Shown here in pieces: positions 26,352 through 33,563 of a DNA stretch of 33,563 nt (its first letter is position 1; every line of letters begins with the position of its first letter). A program made the position numbers and the translations under genes. The notes beneath the pieces were generated by a model that was not told where the DNA came from, did not search any database, and saw nothing but the letters and a program-made list of their open reading frames with translations. Source of the stretch: Acidobacteriota bacterium (GTDB lineage Bacteria > Actinomycetota > Acidimicrobiia > Acidimicrobiales > SHLQ01); assembly GCA_022562835.1 (NCBI GenBank), contig JADFOM010000001.1:1-33563 (forward strand). The letters run 5' to 3'.

Positions 26352-27617
26352 ATGTCGATCGATACGAGATCTCGTCTGCGATGCGAGGTTCGCCCGCTCA
26401 CAACCGACGAGGTTTTCGATGAGTTGTTGCCAGCAGCTATCGCGCTGTGCGGAACGCTGGCCGGTCGCGGGATCGAATATCAGGAACTGCCACCGCTCGG
26501 CCTCGACGTCGATGGCCGCTCCGTCACTCTCTCCGCGCGCAACGGTGCTGCCTACATCGAGACGGGCCTCGACGATGCGGGCGTGATCGCCGAGCTCGAA
26601 GGTGAGGCGCTGTCCAATTTGGTCCAAGACGTGCAGACGACAATGGGTCTTGCCATGACGTCGCGTGCGAAGGTTACGAGTGGATCGCTCGATGACTGGA
26701 TCGCATGGGAACCAGCCCTGCGAGCACTATTGGACGGTCGGGCGGTGCACGAGGCCGGCGACGTCGAGATGTTTGACCGCGACGGTGACCCACTCGACCT
26801 CACACGGTCGTTCGGTCCCGACGATGACCGCGACGAGATCGCACATTTCATAGAGCAGGCCGGGTTCTTGCACCTTCGCGATGTCTTTGGCGAGGGTGAG
26901 ATGGCGGCGGTCGACGCAGACATCGAATCGAGTCTTGCGGAGGCGGTGGACGGCGACGACGGCTACTGGTGGGCAACAAACGGTAGCGGCGAGACCCTGC
27001 CGGTGCGCGTGTTGTGGTTCCACGAGCGTTCCGAGACCTTGCGCGAACTGCTGTCCGATTCTCGCCTGCAATGGCTTGCCGAACTAACTGGAGACGACCA
27101 CAACGGCGACAACCTGGGGGCCGAGGGTCTCATCAAACCGCTCGACATAGTGAATGGATTGTCCGACCTTCCATGGCACAAGGACTGCGGGCAGGGAGGC
27201 CATTCCTATCAATGCAGCGGGATGACCGTTGGCATCTCGGTGACCGGCGCGGATCGGCTCAGCGGTGCGCTTGGGGTGATACCGGGCTCACATCGGGCGA
27301 ACACAGTCCCGTTCATGCGTGACCGCAAGCTCGACTTGCAGCCAATCATGCTGGAAACCCGCACGGGCGATGTGACGGTGCACTGCAGCGACACGTTGCA
27401 TCGGGCCCACCCACCGATAGAGCAACCCCGCAAGGTCGTCTATTCGGGATTTAGATTGAACCCTCGAGACGAGGACCGCTTCGATGCGCCGTCGACCGAA
27501 ACAGTTCGGGCGGCACGCTCGGCCTTGACAGATGTGCGTGACCGCATCGAAGCGGCCGACAATTCTGATAATGACCGGCGATTCAAGGCAGACATCTCCG
27601 GGGTCAAGTCTCACTAA
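26352..27617 (+). CDS. Phytanoyl-CoA dioxygenase (PhyH) family Fe(II)/2-oxoglutarate oxygenase with an N-terminal extension (possibly SCP2-like)
   Basis: The C-terminal half carries LPWHKDCG (HxD) and ...TVHCSDTLHRAHPP (distal His). The first ~150 aa resemble a sterol-carrier-type lipid-binding domain, which is inference only. The last 5 codons and the stop lie inside the left inverted repeat. Confidence 0.75.
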   Translation: MSIDTRSRLRCEVRPLTTDEVFDELLPAAIALCGTLAGRGIEYQELPPLGLDVDGRSVTLSARNGAAYIETGLDDAGVIAELEGEALSNLVQDVQTTMGLAMTSRAKVTSGSLDDWIAWEPALRALLDGRAVHEAGDVEMFDRDGDPLDLTRSFGPDDDRDEIAHFIEQAGFLHLRDVFGEGEMAAVDADIESSLAEAVDGDDGYWWATNGSGETLPVRVLWFHERSETLRELLSDSRLQWLAELTGDDHNGDNLGAEGLIKPLDIVNGLSDLPWHKDCGQGGHSYQCSGMTVGISVTGADRLSGALGVIPGSHRANTVPFMRDRKLDLQPIMLETRTGDVTVHCSDTLHRAHPPIEQPRKVVYSGFRLNPRDEDRFDAPSTETVRAARSALTDVRDRIEAADNSDNDRRFKADISGVKSH

Positions 27618-27642
27618 CTACTAACTACAACTAACTGGGTCA
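27600..27642. repeat. Left arm of a 36-bp perfect (43-bp, one mismatch) inverted repeat with stops in all six frames
   Basis: GGGGTCAAGTCTCACTAACTACTAACTACAACTAAC (27600-27635) is the exact reverse complement of 28841-28876. TAA occurs at 27615, 27622 and 27632, one per frame. The complementary strand carries TAG/TGA in all three frames. Confidence 0.95.
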
Positions 27643-27650
27643 AGGCTTCG

Positions 27651-28784
27651 CTAGGTGGGAGCGACGGCCTCGAGAGAATCGAACCCGTAGGGCAAATACA
27701 GTCCTGCCGAGAGGTTCTCATGCATGCCGTACCCGATGCGCCCATCGTCGGTCTCATGGCGACAGAGCGTTTCGTTGAGCCAGGCAATCTCGAGCCGATC
27801 GGTGGGCTCACCGACCTCGATGACAACCCCCTCGACCTTTTCCTGCTCGCCTTGCCAGACACCGTGGCCCCAGTACCCGTCGTAAATATATCCAGATCCG
27901 GCCTTGAGGTAGACGGTCCGCAACGGTGTGGTCTTGATGCGTAGGTCTGAGGCCCCGTCGCCGCTGAACCACAGTTCCGCTCGCGCTACTTCACGCGTTC
28001 CAGCATGGTATTCGATGTCGATTTCTGGTCGACCAAGCTGTTCAGGCGGCCGTTCGTCGCCCAGGTTGTAGAGGAGTACGGCCTCCTCGAGGATCCGGCG
28101 ACCAGCGTGATCGTTATCGATCGTGATCTTGACCATGTGGTCGTCGAATTGGATGGGTAGCCAGTTGTGAAAGAACCCCATCGGTGCGTCCGGTGCACGT
28201 TTTGCTCCGATGCCTTTGGGTTCAGGTTCACCGATGCCGTGACGTATTCCCCAGCTGTGGTCTCTGGCGCCAGCCCAACGGCCGGGGGAAACTTCGCGCC
28301 GCTCGCCATCGATCTCGATCCAGCCGCTGTAGTTGCCTACGTGGGCGAGGCGGTAGGTCTCCTGCGTGACTCTCGAGCCAACCCGTGACCAGGATTTTGG
28401 CTCGGGCAGGGCCTCGGTGCTGGCTGTGAATGTGACGTCGAGTGCGATTCCCCATTCGTTAGGTTCACACACAAGTCGCAGCGATCGTAGGCCTTCGATG
28501 ACCTCGACGCGAAGCGGTCCTACAGCTGTATCCATGCGGTCCGCTCCCAACTCGCGTGAGGCCCGCACAGTTGTTTGAACCTCACCGTGCGAAACGCTGA
28601 CGAACGCGTCCGTCACTCCCAGATTGGGGTACTGGCCCATTCCGAAAACCATAAACAACGAGTCATCCGACGCGTGCATGTTGAAGTAGTAGCGGTCATA
28701 GAAGTGGCGATCGCTGGTGCCGACCGTGTCGATCGGTTCGGGTATCTGATGTATGAGGTAGTCATCCGCCGTGCTGAGTGGCAT
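27651..28784 (-). CDS. Conserved-looking hypothetical protein (377 aa), family not recognised
   Basis: Long ORF with gene-like composition. ATG 28784 is preceded by AAAGGA 7 nt upstream. Notable motifs are FYDRYYFN and GARDHSWGIRHG. It is the only gene between the two repeat arms and is antisense to both flanking genes. Confidence 0.7.
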   Translation of the reverse strand: MPLSTADDYLIHQIPEPIDTVGTSDRHFYDRYYFNMHASDDSLFMVFGMGQYPNLGVTDAFVSVSHGEVQTTVRASRELGADRMDTAVGPLRVEVIEGLRSLRLVCEPNEWGIALDVTFTASTEALPEPKSWSRVGSRVTQETYRLAHVGNYSGWIEIDGERREVSPGRWAGARDHSWGIRHGIGEPEPKGIGAKRAPDAPMGFFHNWLPIQFDDHMVKITIDNDHAGRRILEEAVLLYNLGDERPPEQLGRPEIDIEYHAGTREVARAELWFSGDGASDLRIKTTPLRTVYLKAGSGYIYDGYWGHGVWQGEQEKVEGVVIEVGEPTDRLEIAWLNETLCRHETDDGRIGYGMHENLSAGLYLPYGFDSLEAVAPT

Positions 28785-28833
28785 GGCACGTCCTTTCGGT
28801 CTGGGGTCAAAGCATTGCACGATCAACGGGGTC

Positions 28834-28876
28834 TGACCCCGTTAGTTGTAGTTAGTAGTTAGTGAGACTTGACCCC
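28834..28876. repeat. Right arm of the inverted repeat
   Basis: GTTAGTTGTAGTTAGTAGTTAGTGAGACTTGACCCC (28841-28876) is the exact reverse complement of 27600-27635. The preceding TGACCCC (28834-28840) matches 27636-27642 with one mismatch. Confidence 0.95.
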
Positions 28877-28894
28877 ATTGATGCGCGAATATGC

Positions 28895-30415
28895 ATGTAT
28901 ATGGTTGAAACCCCTTGGACAGGCGATGCGTGCTCACTTGTTGACGCGTTTCGCGCAGGCGATAGATCACCGATCGAAGAACTCGAGGCGACGCTCGCAG
29001 CAATCGAGGCATCCGAGCTGAACTGTTTCTCGTATCTCGACTTCGAACGCGCAAGGGAGACAGCGGCCTCGGCTGATGTGAGTCTGCCGTTCGGCGGACT
29101 GCCGATGGGTATCAAGGAACTCGAGCCTGTCAAGGACTGGCCCTGGACCGAGGCATCACTCGTCTTTGCCGACCGCGTCTCAGATCACGACGGCACGATC
29201 ATGTCGCGCCTGCGCGCAGGCGGAATCGTCCCCGTGGGCCAAACAACCGCGAGCGAATTCGGCGGGCTCAACGTCAGCGTCACCAAGATCAACGGGGTGA
29301 CGGGAAACCCATGGGACCCGTCACGTTCAGCGGGCGGGTCTTCGGGCGGAAGCGCTGCAGCAGTGGTTGGTGGACTCGTACCGCTGGCCAGCGGAGGCGA
29401 CGGCGGAGGATCGATTCGGATCCCCGCCGGCTACAACGGCCTATTGGGAATGAAGGGAACCTACGGGAGAATCCCTCGAGGTCCGCACACTCAGATAGCA
29501 CCGTTGACAGTGGTGCTAGGTTGCCTAGCCCGTTCGGTGCGCGATGCTGCCCGCTTCTATGACGTCTGCGCCGGATATCACCCAGCGGACCCAACGAGCC
29601 TTCCTGATGTCGACGGCTGGGAATCGAATCTTGGAAGTCACGATCTGAAGGGCCGCACCGTAGTCGTCGATCCCACTCTTGGTGGGGTGGTGGTCGATCC
29701 GAAATCCCAGAAGGTGGTGCTCGAGGCAGCTGAGGCCCTGATCGCAGAATTGGGCCTCAAACGAATTGAGTCGCCGGTGACGATGCCACGTCTCGGAGCG
29801 ATGTGGATGATGGGCAACGTCACAACGTTGCTAAATGACCTTGGCGATCTCTGGCCGCGCTGCGCGGAGGACTTGACCGACGAGGTGCGGGTCGGACTGC
29901 AACTCACCGACGCGCTGTACAACCTGCGTGTCGCGTCGGCAGGTGAGGCAGACAGGACCGCGATGAACGACACGATGGGTGAGATGTTCGCGGCCGCCGA
30001 CTTCGTGATCACATCGACGAACCCCGGGCCTGCGTTTTCAGCAGAAAACCCGATGAGCAGCGACGAAAAATCTTTCATCGACTACGCAAAGGGCGGCCGG
30101 GTGACCCGGTTGGGGTTCAGAGCCGCGATGAAGACAGCGAGCATGGCCGCCGGTGTCGCCCCGAAACTGCCCAACGCACTGGTTCGCCTCGCCACGTCGC
30201 GTGCCGAACATTTGCTCGACATGGGAGCGTTGACCATTCCGGCGAACATCGCAGGAAATCCGGCGGTGTCGATTCCTGCCGGGCAGGTCGATGGACTTCC
30301 AGTCGGCATGCAGGTGATTGGACGCCATCACTGCGATGCCGTGTTGTTCGATGTTGCTCTCGCCGCGGAGCGCAGTCGTCCGTGGCCGTTGGTTGTGCCG
30401 AACGCTCCCGCGTGA
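28895..30415 (+). CDS. Amidase (amidase-signature family, GatA/FAAH-like)
   Basis: AS signature GGSSGGSAAAVVGGLVPLASGGDGGGSIRIPA and an upstream GIKE lysine region. ATG 28895 or 28901 is the likely start. The GTG 28862 start in the ORF track lies inside the repeat arm. Confidence 0.9.
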   Translation: MYMVETPWTGDACSLVDAFRAGDRSPIEELEATLAAIEASELNCFSYLDFERARETAASADVSLPFGGLPMGIKELEPVKDWPWTEASLVFADRVSDHDGTIMSRLRAGGIVPVGQTTASEFGGLNVSVTKINGVTGNPWDPSRSAGGSSGGSAAAVVGGLVPLASGGDGGGSIRIPAGYNGLLGMKGTYGRIPRGPHTQIAPLTVVLGCLARSVRDAARFYDVCAGYHPADPTSLPDVDGWESNLGSHDLKGRTVVVDPTLGGVVVDPKSQKVVLEAAEALIAELGLKRIESPVTMPRLGAMWMMGNVTTLLNDLGDLWPRCAEDLTDEVRVGLQLTDALYNLRVASAGEADRTAMNDTMGEMFAAADFVITSTNPGPAFSAENPMSSDEKSFIDYAKGGRVTRLGFRAAMKTASMAAGVAPKLPNALVRLATSRAEHLLDMGALTIPANIAGNPAVSIPAGQVDGLPVGMQVIGRHHCDAVLFDVALAAERSRPWPLVVPNAPA

Positions 30416-30539
30416 TCTGCACGTCAATCGTCGATGACGAGAGGATGTGAGCCGCACACCTGAGACGTGGTCGTTGCATAGGCGTGGGCGGTTGCATCGT
30501 AAGGTCTACGGTGCGGGGATATCGCTGGAGAGCAGGGTC

Positions 30540-33500
30540 ATGACTGAAGCGGAAATTCCGGAGGGCACGGTCACAGTCCTGTTCACAGACCTCGTCGAAT
30601 CGACGCGTCTCAACCAGAACCTGGGTGACGACGAGGCCCGACAGGTCGGTCGCCAGGTCGAGGAGGTCACAAGACGACTGGTCGAAGCGAACCGGGGCGT
30701 GCTGATCAAGGAGATGGGCGATGGGCTCATGGCCGCCTTCGCGTCGGCCCGGCGGGCGGTGACTGCCAGTCGGGAGATCCAGATCGAGATGCGTCGACTT
30801 CAGCGCAACGGGCTCGGTGTAGCGGTCGAGATGCGCATAGGGCTACACACCGGTGAGGTGCTGAGCGAGGATGGCGACATCCACGGCGAGACGGTCATCA
30901 TCGCCAAGCGCATCGAGGGGCTGGCAGCACCTGGCGGAATTCTGGCTTCCGAAACGGTGTATGGGGTGCTGGGGACCGCTCGCGACGAACTCGTCGATCA
31001 AGGCTTGGCCGAGTTGAAGGGCATCGATGCGCAGTGGCGGGTATTTGTCGTGCCGCTGCCCGACGATGAGGCCGGTGGCAAGCTCGCCGACAATGAACCC
31101 ACGCCGTATGTGGGACGTATGACCGAGCGCGAACAGCTCAACACGATGCTCGATGCGGCGGCTGGTGGCCGAGGCGGCATGGTGCTCATCGGTGGACCAG
31201 CCGGCATGGGAAAGAGCCGCCTAGCCCGCGAAGCCTTTGCAACCGCAGAACGCCTCGGCATGACGGTGCTGAGCGGGAACTGCCTCGATATGGACTCTCC
31301 GCCCCCATACCAGCCGAGTATCGATCATCTCGAACAGGCTGCGCGGGCAGCGTCGCCCGAGGGTTTCCGAACCACACTTGGCGAGAACGCACCCGAGGTC
31401 GCAAAGCTGTTGCCGTCGCTTCGTCAGCGCTATGACGACATTCCTGAGTCACCCGACCTGACACCCGAACAGGAACGGCGCTACATGCTTCACGGCGTGG
31501 GTGAGTTCATCGAACGCGCCGCTCGAGCTCAACCACTGGTGTTGGTCTTCGAGGACCTTCACTGGGCCGACGAGTCGACATTGCTTCTCCTGCGACACCT
31601 CGGCGGCCGGCTGTCGGAGATCCCATGTTTCGTAATCGGTACCTACCGCGACGACGAGGTCGACACCAGCCGGCCGTTGAGCGCCGCGCTGGGGCCCTTG
31701 ACGCGCGACGTTGGCGCGGTCGACATACATCTGCGGCTGCTCACCGTCGACGAGGTCACGATCGTGCTGGCGGCACGCGCTGGGCTAGATCCGCCACAGG
31801 AACTAATCGACCTCGTGTTCGCAGAGACGCAGGGGAACCCGTTCTTTGTCGAGGAGTTGTTTCGACATTTACGAGACAGCGGAAAACTGTTCGACGACGA
31901 TGGCGCCTGGCGGGCGGGCTTCGAGATCGGCGAAACCGAGGTGCCGAGCGGGGTGCGATTGGTGATAGGCCGTCGCCTCGACCTGCTCGACGGCGAGCAT
32001 CGACGCCTTCTCGCGTCCGCCGCGTTGATAGGGCGCACGTTTTCCTTCGAACATCTCGCACGCTCGACTGCCGCCGACGAAGACGTTCTGTTCGACGCCC
32101 TCGAGATCGGCGAACGAAACAACCTCATTGAGGAGGCCCCAGCCGGTCGCGATGCCCGTTACATCTTCATGCATGAACAAATCCGCCAGACTCTCGTCGG
32201 AGAGCTGTCGCTCGCCCGCAGGCAAAGACTCCACCTCAAGATCGCCGATGCCCTGCAAAGCGATGCCGACATTCCGTGGATCGAGGTAGCGCATCACCTC
32301 TATCAGGCGGGCCCCGCCGCGCCAGCCGACCGGGCACTCGAGGCGATGATCGCGGCCGCAGAGCGGAACCTTGATGCGCTGGCTTTTGAGGACGCGTTGA
32401 AACACATCGACAATGCCGAGGCGTTCGTCGGTGATGATCAGCGGGTTGCATTCCGTCTGATGCAGGCTCGCGCACTTCGAGGCGCTGGGCGGGTCGACGA
32501 TGCACTAGCGGTCCTCGACGCCGAGTTGGCTCAGGCTGAAGAACTAGACGATCAGATAGCGTTGCGGCTTCAGCGGGTTCGGTTGTTGAACGACCAGTAC
32601 CGCGCTGGTGAAGGGCTCGATGACGTGGCGGCGCTTGTTGAGGCGGCAGCCGAAGCCGCTAACCCCGACCTCGAGATCGACGTGCAGCTCGCTCGGGGAC
32701 GGGCGCATTACATCCTTTCGCTCGACGAACCGTCGCACGCCGAACAATCGAGGGTCGCCTATGAAGCCGCGTATCAGGCGGCGAAGGCGCGTGGCGACAA
32801 GGCCAAGATGGCGGCGGCGTTGTTGCCGACGACCTGGTTCACCGACTACTGGGCCGAGTATGCGGACACCGCACAGGCCAACGTGGAAGAGTCACTGGCG
32901 TTGGCCAACGAGCTGGGTGATGAAGATCTAATCCTCGACGCGCTATCGGCGTCGATGCACAGCGGTGGGATGAAGTTCAACGTGGCGAGGTCCGAAGAAC
33001 TTCTCGCGCGACTGGAGGCCCGCCGCGACCCGGTGAAGCTCAACGCACATTGTTTCTGGATGATGTGGCAGTACAACGCGATCGGCCGGTTCGCCGACTC
33101 TGTCGCCGTTTGTGACCGAGGGATCGAACTCGCGGACCTGATCGGATCCGAACCGGTGCAATACGGGTCGATCAAGGCAATCGCGTTGACCGAACTCGGA
33201 CGGTTCGACGAGGTCGCGGGCGCCATCGACCAGGAGGTGACCGACGACAACCACCCGTTTGGTCAGGCCATGGCCTCGCTCGCCCGCTCGATCTACCTCA
33301 CCCGAATCGCCGCGTGGCAGTCGGCTGCTGAGAGTCTCATAGACACGATTGATCGAGCGGAGATGTTGTCGCGGGTGTGGATGCAGATGTGGGCGTCCAG
33401 TCTGTTGACCACGGTCGCTGCGCACCTGCGCACCGACGTCGATGACGGCGAAGCGTTGGCTGACGCGGTGGCGTCACGAGTTGATGCCGCGCCTTTTGGC

Positions 33501-33563
33501 CTGACCGCGGCTGAGGTCGCCCTGATCGAGCAGCGCCCGGCCGACGCAGTCGAGCTCCTGTCG
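30540..33563 (+). CDS. Class III adenylate/guanylate cyclase domain + AAA (STAND, AAA_16-type) ATPase + TPR-like region; 3' end outside the window
   Basis: My own translation of the open frame from ATG 30540 gives 1008 codons with no stop to the window edge. Cyclase core: VTVLFTDLVESTRL...KEMGDGLMAAF...GLHTGEV...GD.HGETV.IAKRI. P-loop: LIGGPAGMGKSRLA. Walker B-like: LVLVFEDLHWADESTL. A long helical repeat region follows. It is absent from the ORF track because no stop is reached. Confidence 0.85.
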   Translation, partial: MTEAEIPEGTVTVLFTDLVESTRLNQNLGDDEARQVGRQVEEVTRRLVEANRGVLIKEMGDGLMAAFASARRAVTASREIQIEMRRLQRNGLGVAVEMRIGLHTGEVLSEDGDIHGETVIIAKRIEGLAAPGGILASETVYGVLGTARDELVDQGLAELKGIDAQWRVFVVPLPDDEAGGKLADNEPTPYVGRMTEREQLNTMLDAAAGGRGGMVLIGGPAGMGKSRLAREAFATAERLGMTVLSGNCLDMDSPPPYQPSIDHLEQAARAASPEGFRTTLGENAPEVAKLLPSLRQRYDDIPESPDLTPEQERRYMLHGVGEFIERAARAQPLVLVFEDLHWADESTLLLLRHLGGRLSEIPCFVIGTYRDDEVDTSRPLSAALGPLTRDVGAVDIHLRLLTVDEVTIVLAARAGLDPPQELIDLVFAETQGNPFFVEELFRHLRDSGKLFDDDGAWRAGFEIGETEVPSGVRLVIGRRLDLLDGEHRRLLASAALIGRTFSFEHLARSTAADEDVLFDALEIGERNNLIEEAPAGRDARYIFMHEQIRQTLVGELSLARRQRLHLKIADALQSDADIPWIEVAHHLYQAGPAAPADRALEAMIAAAERNLDALAFEDALKHIDNAEAFVGDDQRVAFRLMQARALRGAGRVDDALAVLDAELAQAEELDDQIALRLQRVRLLNDQYRAGEGLDDVAALVEAAAEAANPDLEIDVQLARGRAHYILSLDEPSHAEQSRVAYEAAYQAAKARGDKAKMAAALLPTTWFTDYWAEYADTAQANVEESLALANELGDEDLILDALSASMHSGGMKFNVARSEELLARLEARRDPVKLNAHCFWMMWQYNAIGRFADSVAVCDRGIELADLIGSEPVQYGSIKAIALTELGRFDEVAGAIDQEVTDDNHPFGQAMASLARSIYLTRIAAWQSAAESLIDTIDRAEMLSRVWMQMWASSLLTTVAAHLRTDVDDGEALADAVASRVDAAPFGLTAAEVALIEQRPADAVELLS

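Noticed and set aside
27600-28876. Integron cassette / attC or classical IS terminal inverted repeats as the explanation of the 36-bp repeat
   Set aside because: The arm ends do not fit the GTTRRRY / RYYYAAC core sites. There is no direct-repeat target duplication (flanks ...catctcc vs attgatg...). No integrase or transposase is encoded between or beside the arms. It is kept as an unexplained finding instead.
28862-28894. GTG 28862 as the amidase start (ORF-track start)
   Set aside because: That codon lies inside the inverted-repeat arm, and the first 11-13 residues do not resemble amidase N-termini. ATG 28895 or 28901 (MYMVETPWTGDACSLVDAFRAG...) fits better.

Overview
GC-rich chromosomal window with an Actinomycetota-like gene set (a WhiB-family regulator, a class III cyclase-STAND protein, GTG/TTG starts, 4-nt start/stop overlaps). 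No rRNA, tRNA, CRISPR array, transposase or integrase was recognised. Recognisable genes are cmk, the ilvB-ilvN-ilvC operon, metY, a polyprenyl-phosphate sugar transferase and a set of acyl-CoA/lipid genes: SDR, thiolase, aldehyde dehydrogenase, enoyl-CoA hydratase, acyl-CoA synthetase, PhyH-type dioxygenase and amidase. There is also a Nudix / P-type ATPase / DedA-TVP38 operon and a 3'-open adenylate cyclase-AAA-TPR gene that the ORF track misses because it has no stop in the window. Five observations deserve a second look. (1) Two same-frame ORFs split by one TGA reconstruct a thioredoxin-fold Prx-like protein with the TGA at the first redox position (G-U-L-P-C) and a small hairpin downstream, so this is a candidate unannotated selenoprotein. 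(2) A perfect 36-bp inverted repeat (43 bp with one mismatch), carrying stop codons in all six frames, brackets one reverse-oriented gene between the PhyH and amidase genes. (3) A membrane-anchored YceI + CxxCH + PHM/DBH-like copper monooxygenase fusion retains all copper ligands. (4) A class II RNR (nrdJ) 5' fragment abuts a 3'-truncated NadD-like gene at a sharp junction near 2680. (5) A candidate Val/Leu leader peptide and terminator attenuator lies upstream of ilvB. Several families of short GC-rich palindromic intergenic repeats are also present. All functional calls come from motif recognition by eye. No database search or RNA folding was run.
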